Shown here in pieces: positions 47,819 through 58,980 of a stretch of 64,000 bases of DNA. The translations under genes were made by a program, and so were the position numbers. The stretch's first letter is position 1, and every line of letters starts with the position of its first letter. The notes beneath the pieces were generated by a model. The model was not told where the DNA came from. It did no database searches and was given only the letters and a program-made list of their open reading frames with translations. The stretch is from Penicillus capitatus (Eukaryota; Plantae; Chlorophyta), in contig OZ287698.1 of the NCBI GenBank assembly GCA_965649825.1, positions 1,594,668 through 1,658,667 on the forward strand. Direction: 5' to 3'.

Positions 47819-49431
47819 TCAGTTACGAATGATCTGTTCGTCAAAAACCCAGTTCAATCCACTCATGATCTCAAATGGTACTCCGCCTATATTTCCAAAC
47901 TTCACCTTATGATATCCCAAGAACACTGTCATCGCTTCGAAGAAACCAGAGATGCCTCCAAAGTTTGCCTTAAGTTTCCCATCGAACATCAAAGTCATGA
48001 CAGACTCAAATGTATGCTCCATCCACTTTTTATGCCTCAGAATAAATGCATGACCACCCGAGTAACGATCCGATGGTACGTCCAAGAGAAAAGCAGAGTA
48101 GGCGGAATGCGCTAAACGATCAACTGTCATGAATAGCAAAGGACCATTCCTGGCTCTGGGAATATTCGCATGGAAGAGCTGCAAATTCCACCCTGGTGCT
48201 TTGAGATAGATGCACATGAGAAACATCAAAATGGTGCTGTCAGAAGGAATATGTCGTCCGGTTTCTCGAGTATAGCTCCTTGTCGTCTGATGTCCCTCAA
48301 AGTCCGCCAACACCAGATCTTGCAACAACTGCTCCAGTCGACTGCAAACAAATCCATGAGGACATCCATCAGGAATCAGATTCTGGATCCACGTTCCAGA
48401 GAAGAGCCATATCATGTAAGCCATCGTCGACAATGCCTTCAGACAGTGTCACATCAGACAAACGATGGAAGAAAGAAGAGTCAGTCAGACATTCATGTAC
48501 TCCCTCTTCCTTTCCGGATTATCGGTCGCAGCAGAGGCTAGCTGTTCTTCCAAGATCTGACGTCTTCTCTGAATCCACTGACTCTGTCTTTGCGCCTGTT
48601 CGTTCGTCAGTTGCACTGTCAATGGGAACAGTGGGGCATTCGACTCATGGAATGCATCTGCATACGATTTGGCGGTCTGGAAAGCATTTCTTGCCTGCTC
48701 GAGTGCGCGCGTCACGACATGGACACGGAACCATTGTCGGAAACGGCGCACACATGCCTATGAAATAGTCTATGCTTTGGCTCTAAGACAGGCGACCATG
48801 TTTACTTCGTAAGTAGAGCCATCCAGGTGGATTTCTCGTAGGAGAGGCAACAAGTACGTCAAAGGCGTCACGGTCAGATCATTCGCGTCGAGTTCTCCGA
48901 TAACATCCGTTGTCGTTCGCTGCAGCCATTCAGGGTGACCATCATGGTCTGAGAATTGGCTTCCCTTACCAACGACACTTCACAGACGACTGTTTGACCA
49001 AGAACTTGAAACATCGTCCAAGACGGGATTGTTGGCAACTGGAAAGATGGGACGCGTGCGATTTGACGATGCCATGCAATGCAGATGAATAAATCGACGT
49101 TAACCTTCATAATGCACGGATAAAGAATGCAATTGGACGCGAACGACGACTCCGAGTAAGCTGTTTTCTCGATTCGCAAACCGATCATGAGTCGGTTGAT
49201 GGAAACGTCTATTAACCTTTCTGAAGCTATGACGCTGAGGTGGACACATCTCGAGGAGGATAACTGCGTTATGGCTCTCTCTTTTAAAGAATCTTGGTGA
49301 CAAGGCTCTTTCGATCTTTGCAAGAAGGCGTAAAGGATATCAACAGTTCTCTTCTCTAACGTGCGGAGGCGTGTTGCCTGTAAGCTCTTCCAGTTTTTGT
49401 CTTGACTCCTTCTGCAGTCTGCAATCTGCAA
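47819..49431 (-). CDS. Diverged TMEM209-like (CytochromB561_N family) nuclear-envelope protein; 5' end unresolved
   Basis: VRRFRQWF resembles the RLRQWF motif; IPSDSTILMFLMCIYL resembles LPTDSAIIMHVFCTYL; C-terminal FEAMTVFL..GNIGGVPFEIMSGLNWVFDE resembles [29 protein letters not shown]. In-frame introns 48437-48490 and 48758-48805. Confidence 0.6.
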
Positions 49432-50411
49432 TCGTCACATTCGTATTCTTCCCGTATTCCAGCGCATGGATTCGAGTAAGCAAGAAAAGTCTTGACACGC
49501 GGCGTAGAGCTGTGAATGAAGCTTACGGGCCTTAGAAGATTGAAGAACTCCCTCGTTTGTTCGAGCTGTCGCCTTCCCAACTAAGTCAAGGAAATGTTGT
49601 CACAATGGAGCAAATGCATTTATTACCAACAATCGAAATAAGGATCATCAATAACTCGGGGTTGCACTTGTGTTTGTGCCCGCCTCATCGCCGATGAAAT
49701 ATCGAGGAGACCTTTACTGTCAAAAAAAGGAAAACATGTCGTCTGCACTTAAGATATTAGCTTGAATCAACAAAGGACATTTGTCAAGTGACCATCTAGC
49801 TTCATTTGGACACGGAATTACAGAAAGCTGGTGCTTGTAATCTAGAATTTTAAAGATCATCGGGAGTATCACTACAGAACAAAAAAGACCTGATTGCTCA
49901 TAGTCACAGAGGACGTCCGACGGATTTCGACATAGCGTGCATCGAAGAAGTCTCTTTTTGCATGTGCACTGAACAGCATTTTGATAGTGACCAATGCTAT
50001 CAAGGCGTGCTCGCATATGAAGCATCGCGTCGTTGACTCTAAATCTCCAAAGAGGCCAAAACTGCAATGCATTTGGAGACTCTTTCTATAACGCAACGTT
50101 CATGGTAGTTGTATCAGATCAGGTGATCAATTGCTTCGATGAAGCGTGTGCAAAGTGTTTTGTAACTGTGGACATCATCTATAATCAACACCTTCCAAAG
50201 CTCTCAAGATCGTTGTGTGTATTGTGAATGACAGACAGTCACAATCAAAACAGAATGATGAATTTAGACGTCTGCGATGGATAAGATGTCTGTCAGCATA
50301 GAATTTCGCTACGTCGACATTCGAGCTTTTAGTTCTTCGATCAACAGAGCGTTAAAACGTCTTTTGTGAAAAATACCACAGAGAGAGAGTTTCCTTTTGT
50401 AATCTTCGGCA

Positions 50412-51773
50412 ATGCCACAGTCGACGGAAGTGTCGACGCCGCCGAACGGTTTTCTTGAAATACCGCCGACAGCACCGCAAATCGTTTGCTTTTCGGATGA
50501 GGATAAGGAAAAGCACGTACTGAAGTTTCCGCAATCGCCGGTAAAAGGCCAAGGCGTCGTTATCTTTTCCAACGAACAGCGTGAACGTTTTAAAGTCTCT
50601 CTCAGTGCTACGGAGGATTTCAAAGATGGGATTTTTCTTGACGTTGTGAAGAAATGCGACGCCGACGAGACGCGCCTCGTAATCAAAAACGGAATGGAGC
50701 CTGATAAAACATTCACATTCAAGAACGTTTTCATTGACGATGAAGCAAGGGCTTCGTACTGGATCAGCTTCTCTAGCGAAGAAAAAGAATTTAAGTACGG
50801 TGTTGGAGAAGCACGAGAGGACCTGGTTCTGTTGTGTTGTAAATGCATGTGCGTGAATGATATGCCACCTGACTTGACATTTGTTAAGTTATCGGAAGAT
50901 CTGAAGCTGGAATGCTTTCAGCGCGATCCAGTTGTCATTGATCCTCCACTCGCCGTCATTCCAGTGGACGAATTCACTATGGAAAATGCAGCAAAGAGTT
51001 CGTTTGCAGTTCCAGCAAATCTAACCAGCATTTGTCAAAAACTGTATGGAAACATTTCTGGCGGATCATTCAAGCTCAACACAGATGATTTCCCGTGCTT
51101 CACTGATGCCATTGAAGCGAGCATTAGGAATAAGGATGGCTGGTGTTACAGAACGCTGAAGAGCAAGGCAGGGGAGTTTCCTGGAGGCGAGTTAAAGACT
51201 TACCTAAGAATCACTCTTGGTGTTAATCAAGGAGAATCCCCTGGGATTCCTTACGTCATGGAAATATGGCCACCGGGTCACTCTTCGCCAATCCATAGGC
51301 ATGCTGAAGCAAATGCTATCATTAGAGTGCTGCATGGACAAATTCATGTGTGTCTGTACAAGATGCTGTCAATACACCACGACAAACCATTCCAGGAGGC
51401 CGATTTCAGAGAAGGCGATGTTACGTGGATCTCACCAACGCTCAATCAAACGCATATGCTGGAGAATAGATGCTGTGAAACGTGTATCACGATTCAGTGT
51501 TACATGTATGCAGCGCAGGATAATCAGCATTACGAGTACTTTGATTATTTGGTGGACAAAAAGAAAGGCGAAATCAAGCACTTCTATCCACATAGCGATT
51601 GCGACTTCTTAGTTTTTAAGGAAAAAATGAAGGAGGAGTATTGCTGGAAAACACCAAAGATGATCGATAGTGCAGATAAGAGTCGAAACAGTAATAGTTG
51701 GATATCAAAGACATTGAAGAATTTTTGCGAGAGATTTGGTGCGTGGATCGGTGTCGGTAAAGAGAGAGTTTGA
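50412..51773 (+). CDS. Two-domain cysteine/thiol dioxygenase-like cupin protein (453 aa, intronless)
   Basis: Cupin 3-His motifs WPPGHSSPIHRH and EGDVTWISPTLNQTHMLEN, followed by TIQCY; N-terminal beta-rich domain with SYWISFSSEEKEFKYGVGEARE. Confidence 0.8.
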   Translation: MPQSTEVSTPPNGFLEIPPTAPQIVCFSDEDKEKHVLKFPQSPVKGQGVVIFSNEQRERFKVSLSATEDFKDGIFLDVVKKCDADETRLVIKNGMEPDKTFTFKNVFIDDEARASYWISFSSEEKEFKYGVGEAREDLVLLCCKCMCVNDMPPDLTFVKLSEDLKLECFQRDPVVIDPPLAVIPVDEFTMENAAKSSFAVPANLTSICQKLYGNISGGSFKLNTDDFPCFTDAIEASIRNKDGWCYRTLKSKAGEFPGGELKTYLRITLGVNQGESPGIPYVMEIWPPGHSSPIHRHAEANAIIRVLHGQIHVCLYKMLSIHHDKPFQEADFREGDVTWISPTLNQTHMLENRCCETCITIQCYMYAAQDNQHYEYFDYLVDKKKGEIKHFYPHSDCDFLVFKEKMKEEYCWKTPKMIDSADKSRNSNSWISKTLKNFCERFGAWIGVGKERV

Positions 51774-53049
51774 TTTAAAGGTAGTGTGTGCATTTTTGCT
51801 TTGCAACGTTTTTTCACAGGAGTTTTCAGCATTAAAAAAGCACATGGTTCTCAGTAACAATCCGGGTGTCAAATTAAAACGTAACCAGTTGAAAACACTG
51901 AACTTTTGGCTTCATAGAAAGCAATTCGATGTCTCTTGAAGACAGACATCGTCAAACATATGAGTGTTTTGGCGTGCTCTATTTTTTGGCAGCTTCGATT
52001 CTTGAAGAGATCTTGCAGTCATGACTTGACTTCCTTATCTGTTTTTGTCCAAATTTTGAATCACATCCAAGTGTCGGTGGTCTTTGACAGCGAACGAAGG
52101 CATCGGTCATGGCAAAATAAATGTCTCAACCGAGAGTCCCCTAACGGCGACTCTGCACGTTGTGAAGGACCACCAATGCAAGATGGTTGACTAACCGCGA
52201 ATGAAAAATTCGCCAAAGGCTAGTCAAACAAGAGCACATCTGAATCAGAATCCCACATAAACGGTTTTGTTTCTGTTTCGTACTCATTCGCATGGCTCAT
52301 GGAATCGTAAAAGGGTGATGAGATGCTTTAGCGAGTTTACTCGCCTATCGTAATAGATGTTGCGTTCGCTCTTACAAGAGCAAATACCGTCGCAGCGACG
52401 TCGGCACAAAACATTTTTATACCGTGGACAATTGTGTGGCTATTCGTTTATATGCCCACATGAAGTTCTACTTTCCTTTTGCCTGTTGTTTGTCTGTCTG
52501 TGTTCATGCCTATGGTCTAAAATCAACTGCAATGCCACCAGTGGCGTTAGGTGATTGACCTTAGCGAAACAGCAGTTTAAGAATCACGTTTTGGGTTTAT
52601 GTCATTACACACTTCGCTGTCATCACAACGCTTAGAGTATTCGCACGGAACAGATTTCAACGCCATATAGGATACGACTATCGCGAAATGGAGAATTGAT
52701 GGATGGCAGAAGCTACGAACTTGATCGCTTTCTAGCTGACAGCAATGTCGACTCTTGACTACACCGACGTGACGGCGACGCTGCATGGCGACGTATGATA
52801 TTAGATACGTCGCAGTTAAAACATAGTAAGTATTGTAGCTATTGTTGAAGTGGAGGGCACCCTTTTCGTATATATAGCACGCGCAAAGCAAGCGAGAAAA
52901 GCATAAGACAACCGAGAAAAACCAATCAGGTATCCAGATAATGCAGATATCTCATTTCTCAGGTTGATCCAGCTGTTTTGTTGCGTGGCGTTCGTGTCCT
53001 AAAAAACTGAATTCACTATACCAGAGATATCGAGTACACCGTGAAAGGC

Positions 53050-53320
53050 TCAGTATGGATTTGATGGAGTAGTCAGAATCTGGTAGAGACGATGTGATAC
53101 AGAATCTGGGAGCGATTCTCACTCGTGCGCGAAGTACAGACCACCTTAAACCAAAACTACCTTTTCCTTGGGTAAGAGACTCATTCGAACTCGTTGGCAC
53201 GTTCCAGCTCCGGTGTAGTGCCTCCAATTCGGTCCGCTTCTTGTCGGAATCCGATTTGCAATTCTAGTTGTTGATGAGGTCAATCTTCTCCTTCGAGATA
53301 ATTCTCCCTGTAAGTTCCAT
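53050..53320 (-). pseudogene. Small helix-turn-helix/homeodomain-like gene with an in-frame TAG
   Basis: ATG at 53320; MELTGRIISKEKIDLINN*NCKSDSDKKRTELEALHRSWNVP with TAG at 53264-53266; GT-AG intron 53160-53106; weak similarity to the divergent neighbour. Confidence 0.35.
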
Positions 53321-53403
53321 CAAGTATGTACGTTCGTTGTTGCAGGGAACCAACGTATCGTTCGTTTGTTTTTGTGTCCGATTTCGCGAAACGAACATTC
53401 CTT

Positions 53404-54030
53404 ATGAGGCGTCGTCGTTTAAAAGGAGATCAAATGCGTCTCCTTGATCAATACCTACTAAGCGACAGCGACGAACTGAAAACATTTAGACAACATACTA
53501 ACGAATTGATGTCCGCGCTGGACATTACGCCGTCGCAAGTCGCCATGAGAATTTTTAAGCAACGCAGTTCCTTTTTTAGTGGAAGTGAGTTTTCTTTCTT
53601 GACAAATGGCTGAGTTTGTAATTCAGGTCGACGTAGTTCACAGAGTACACGACGATTGAGTCATCAGACTCGCGGAAGCGGTTCTCGTGCCCCGGCGGAA
53701 CAGTCAACGCACCATCCACCTGTGGCAGTTACATGCGTTGCGCAGCAGTCAGCTTGCAACCCATCTCGTGAAGTGACGTCTGAAAGGGTTCGAGATGTCG
53801 ATCGAATATACTCTCATGTTGAAGACTTAATTGGCAGATTACAACACATGTCGCAAATTCACACACATGGGGGGAGTTTAGGAGTGATTATAAACAGTTT
53901 ATTATTGTTCACGCAAAACATCATGGAACAATTAAATCGATCGATCGATCAGATTGTTGGACTTGAAGAAACCGTTAAAAGTATTACTGAGTCCGTCGAT
54001 AAAATACAAGGCGAGATGCACAATACTTGA
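53404..54030 (+). CDS. Divergent homeodomain-like protein with C-terminal coiled coil
   Basis: Two exons (intron 53585-53626, in frame). RRRRLKGDQMRLLDQYL...NELMSALDITPSQV matches homeodomain helix 1/2/turn spacing but lacks WFxN; heptad-like tail LNRSIDQIVGLEETVKSITESVDKIQ. Confidence 0.5.
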
Positions 54031-54720
54031 TCATTTACCCGACCGATTGTTAAAGCTACGAGCAGACTACAACAGTTGTCTTTGAACGGAGCGCTTTTAT
54101 TGAGTGCGATATTCTGGTTTTGTGAAAATGAACAGGACAGCGGATGGTTCTTTGATAAAGTTAAAGAACAGGAGTACTGACTGACACGGATCACCAAGTG
54201 AATCTTGGGCGACGAGAAGGGAGAAACGTTCGACAGGCATGGGATTAAAAAGACTGACATAGATTTTAAAGGAAACATCGAACAATTATGAGACATGCTT
54301 GTTGTTTCTTATTGTGTCGCCATCGATCTGATACCCGCCGATCCAACATCGCAGTTGTTTGACAGATTCGACGAAAACGAATGTGTATCCAATTCTGTTT
54401 AACATTCCTTTATGAACATTCTGGGATCGTTAGGTTACCAGCGACCGATCTCTGAGAGTCAGAATCGCAGGAGTCAACTGCCGAACCACAATGGCTTCTG
54501 TGTTTTGAAATCGGAGTCACTTTAAACGTGGTCGTTAGAACCGTCTGAGCCAGCCGATGGATGTCACTGTGTAAGGGAGTACTTTCGATTATCGGAATCC
54601 ACCTCGTAGATTCTAAAACATTCATCTTGGTCACAATGGCGTATAAAGACTTTTCCTCCTTATACTCTCCGCCTCACCCGTTCGATTCTAACTGACCTCT
54701 CGGTCACCACGTTCTCCCAG

Positions 54721-55630
54721 ATGCGTTGCCGAAACCTATGCTTATTTCTCGCTCTGTCGCTCGGCGTTCTCTACACAATCTTCAGAATCCTCGAAGTAGT
54801 GTATCGGCACTTCATTTTCTATCCTAGACATTGCGCGTGTCATACAGAAAGATTTCGTGACGACAAAAACACTAACAGAATGCGCAAGAAATAATTCTCC
54901 GAACATCACTGACGTGAATCCGCAAGCCCTGAACAACACTGACGCGAATCTACCGGACTGCGGTGATGACGACGGTCTGTCCACTGCTGCAGGATGCCAT
55001 GGCAATGAATCCGAGACGGATGATACCAAGAAGTTAACTGTGGAATACACAGCACACTACAGGTTGGCATGGAATGACCGTGGAAGTGGTGGAAATCATG
55101 ATGTTTCTGTGTACAAACCCATTCCCGACAGTGACAGCGAAGTGGTGGGTACTGTAGCTGTGAAGGGATATAACTCACCAAACGAACCCGTAATTGTTTT
55201 TGTTTATTCGACAAGCACTGATGTCGCAAGGAAAGCGGAAGATTTCGAACTTATTTATAAGGACAGCGGCACGGGTGCTTATAAGGATGGATCTGTTTGG
55301 AGACCCACGTGCCCAGATGGATACTTCAGTGTTTCCGACTTTGCGCAGTCTGGATACACTTGGCCAGGTGTTTTGTATGAGAGTGTTAAAATAAGGCCTT
55401 GTATTGTAAAAAGTTGTCTTACCCAGTGCGAAGCCGAGTGGATATGGAATGACAAAGGAACTGGAGGGGATCAAGATGTCGTGTTCTATAGAGTTTGGGG
55501 CGGTGTGGATAGGTACGGATCCGATGTTGGACATTCAGGCGGATTTTTTAGAGCAATTTCTCAGTACAATACCGCTCCCAAAAAAGATCTTCTCCAATGT
55601 ATCAAGTCGGAATGTGTGGAGGAGTTTTAG
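54721..55630 (+). CDS. Secreted or signal-anchored Vps62/DUF946-like repeat protein
   Basis: Hydrophobic first exon MRCRNLCLFLALSLGVLYTIFRILE (intron 54796-54847); three repeats WNDRGSGG, YKDSGTGA..DGSVWRP..PDGY and WNDKGTGG. Confidence 0.8.
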
Positions 55631-55764
55631 AGATCTCTTTCTGGCGCTTTGTCGAAACTAAAAAGCCTCCCATTATTGGACAGAAGTGGATAGTTTTGAG
55701 TATCTGCAGGGATGCTCTGTAAGCTGCTTCTTCTTTTTTTATCCCACAAAACTGTCATTATGTA

Positions 55765-55786
55765 TGGGTGGGTAGACACCCACCCA
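55765..55786. other. Perfect hairpin (9-bp stem, 4-nt loop)
   Basis: tgggtgggt-agac-acccaccca, ~135 bp downstream of the Vps62-like stop codon. Confidence 0.8.
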
Positions 55787-56459
55787 AAACGGACATGAAC
55801 GAGAAGAACACCTCTTTATCTTACGGATTGTGAATGGATGGCTGCTGGTTTAATTTATATCTGACAGTTTCTTCACAGGCGTCATCAGATCTATAATCGT
55901 CCAATGCATCATTGTCGTGGTAAAAATGTAGCCATTAAACGCGAGACTGCTCACACTTCTACATGTGACAAGAAGTAACACTGGTGCTCCGCAAGCAAGC
56001 GACCAACCGATACAAATCGTATGACTCCATTCTAGTCTGCTATGATTGACTTTCGACTGCCAGATCAAATACTGTCACGGTTTTGTTCATGAATTCTTTT
56101 CAAATTTTTCAGAGCGAGGTCAAGCAGATGTCGCATCGATGTAAGTTCCACGTTTACCTGCATGTATACATTTCAACGCCGAGCGTAGAGAAGACGATTG
56201 ATCGCCTGCATCTGTGACGTTCGACGTCGGACGGGGTTCCATTTCGTGTAGGGGAATGATTTCCTATTGTCTACTTGTCTTCGCATCAACTGCTTTTTCG
56301 TTCGATGCGGACGCATTCTATGGGACTGACTGTCGCGGCGACGACAGCTGACACAGAATGTATTGACGGAATCTGCCCCAACTCGTCACAGAGACTGTAT
56401 CTGCATGTCAGGGAGCACGACGGCCTCTCTTTTCTTGCATTGATGACTCGTTTCCCGCG

Positions 56460-57459
56460 GTGAGTTATCTATACTCCATCGGCAAGAAAGGGATTAGTAG
56501 ACTTTTCGGCTCTTCTGCTGTAACCGTCGAGAACGCAGCGAACGATCTCTTTTATTTAAAAGTCGGCGACTCGTTCTTCATTCCAGCGTCAAAATGCCTG
56601 AAATGTCAGACGGTGAAGCCCTTAATGTTTTCGGAATGGCGTCCCAGCTGTCGAATCCGCATGGCGAGTAGGAGAAACGCACAACGCGCGCCATTGCCAT
56701 TTCAATGACTGTCTTATTCAGTTATTCGTTTTCTGCACGAGCGTTGCCGTGACCAAGACCGACCGAAAGATGATATGTCTTATCAGTGATGGCTGCTAAG
56801 TCACGTGGTGGTCTTTTCTAATTCATAGATGCCATCCTGACAAAGACAGCTATAAATGTGTTCTCTATCCTGATTGATCGCGATACTCCTGATTTTGTAT
56901 TTAACAGTACAACCAATTACTGGTCAGGTCGTACAAATCTTATGCGCCATGCAGTCTACTGGGTTTGCTTCTTTCTTCTCTTATGGGTGGAAGAAGTGAT
57001 TCGACAAGCTAAGCTAATGCGTTCTTTGGAAGGTTTTCGATACACAAGTGGATATTTCTATGTCCGTGGCCTATTGAGGAAAACATCAAACGTTGGAAAG
57101 TCGACAGAAGATCGCCATTCAAACGAAAGTAAATGTCAAAGCTCCTACTGTCCAGACAGCATCGATGCATCGTATTTGATTAGTGAAGCACACAAGTTTT
57201 TTTGCAGTGGACATGGTTTCTGCGAAGAGTCGTTCCTTCCTGGGATATGATGGACATGGAGGCAGTGGACGGGATTGGAGGTCGAATGGACAGCGGTCGA
57301 TTGCAGCCACACGAAGACGCCCTTCGTTTCGTTCAAGTTTTCTTCATGTCTTTGGCAGAGTATCATAAAAAGGAAAGTGACGCACCGACGACCTTATTAC
57401 TGTTCGTGTCAAGGATCCTTCTGACAGCAATCCTACCTCAATGCTATCCTAATCCATGA
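56460..57459 (+). pseudogene. Degenerate gene with VWA-like motifs
   Basis: Fragments in changing frames: VENAANDLFYLKVGDSFFIPASKCL, RKMICLISDGC* (TAA 56797-56799), LTKTAINVFSILI, resembling the VWA IxLITDG and xxGIxVFxI segments. Confidence 0.3.
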
Positions 57460-57953
57460 AGCTATCTGTGTTCCGATATCAAATCAGATTCGCCAGATAA
57501 TTGCCTCTTCGTTTCGTATCCGTGCTGTCGCGCGACCCTCTCCGACAATAAATTATCACGTTAGAGGGTATATAAATACAACTAAACTCAAACCTCGGCA
57601 GCAGAGTTCAGTGTCGTATTTTGCGTGTTTTGTTTTCCACTGAATGTTTTCGAACTTGCCGACTGGTTTCGAGAACATGTCACGGCGTGCTACAAATCTT
57701 CTCTCCAAGTGTTTCGTGGCACACTCTGTGTTCTCACCGTTTTAGCGGCAGCGGAAGAAACTTCTCAAGATGAACATAAGAACACCACTGCGTTGATTTA
57801 ACGCGACGGTGTTGAACGGGTTGGAATTTAGTCTTAAAGGCGACATCCTCGATTAGTCCTGAAGCGTTTTGCGTAAAAACGATAGCTCTCTTTTATCCAT
57901 TCGGTTTCCAGATAACGGCTCCAGTTTGCTGCAAACAATGACCGACCAAGTAG

Positions 57954-58980
57954 CCGGCGGGCGCAGGGACAACATGGCACGTTGCTGGCGCTTTCCTAGA
58001 CGAATATGGTTTGCAAGACGCCATCGACTGCGCAAGAGACGGAGATGGCATTTTGATAAGCGCTTCAAGCACCGTCCAACCGCCGAAGCCACTTGAAATT
58101 ACAAGGCGACTCGAGATTCGACAGGACCAATCAGATGCCGCAAAGACGAAGGCAGAGGATGACACGAGAACAACATTGACATGTCCTTCGAACGACAGGA
58201 TTTTACTCATCGAGTGCGTTTTCACTGCAAGGCAATGCACAGGAAGCACTTCTGGCGTGTCTAGGAACGCGAACGTCGTCCTGGAGGATATCGTTATCCG
58301 ACACCGCGCGTTCTTTGAGGACGGTTCCGTCGACGTCAAGTGCAACGCATCCTCGGATGAACTCTTCGTCTTCAAGATATCGAACGTGGACTTTGTCGAC
58401 AACAGTAATCCTAGTGAATCAGTTAGATTCTCTGTCCGAAATGAAGCCTGCATCTCAGTTTCGATGGACAACGTCGTATTCAGTCGAAACACTTTTCTTT
58501 CGTGGCTTGTTGTTTGGCCAGAAGAACGAGATCAGAAATGTAGGCCTGTTTATGAACGTTCAGATCGGGTCAAAATCTACAAATGGCGTACGACTCCTTT
58601 GGACAAGGGACGGCTCGAACACGCTCGCCCACCGCGGAGGTCGTGACAGTTCTTGGAGTCCAGATTCCGATTGCTTCACATGGTTTTCCTGTCACGGCTC
58701 TTGTGGAGCCGAAAGACAATTTGTTTCAAACGATCTGGTAGGAGACTTGACAGACGGAAAAGGGAACATCGTGATGGGATCGCCTCTCGTGGAACCTGGA
58801 GACTATTCTGCAGATCTGTCGATACAGAGGAAACAGAGAAAAACATCACATTCACGGTCACCGCTCGCGAATGTCTGATTAACGAATCCCTAAAGGAAGA
58901 CAACAAGGAGTGCCTTAAATGCGATCACAGAAACTACAACTTCAATCCTGTCGATGGAAATTCCACAATCTGTCCTGTCG
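57954..58980 (+). pseudogene. Truncated, frameshifted beta-helix/Cys-rich surface-protein gene
   Basis: LQDAIDCARDGDGILI..TTLTCPSND..; later GKGNIVMGSPLVEPGDY in another frame; then VTARECLINE..CLKCDHRNYNFNP after a stop. At least two frameshifts; the sequence runs into the MFS fragment. Confidence 0.6.

Noticed and set aside
50040-50205. Minus-strand fragment LWKVLIIDDVHSY resembling a Walker B or Sec1 N-terminal motif
   Set aside because: Flanked by stops within ~20 codons, no Walker A or other supporting motif; too short to call.
54400-54850. Minus-strand coding-like fragments (MSRIENEV..., GGKVFIRHCDQDEC...)
   Set aside because: Partly antisense to the signal-peptide exon of the Vps62-like gene and broken by several stops; no family recognised.
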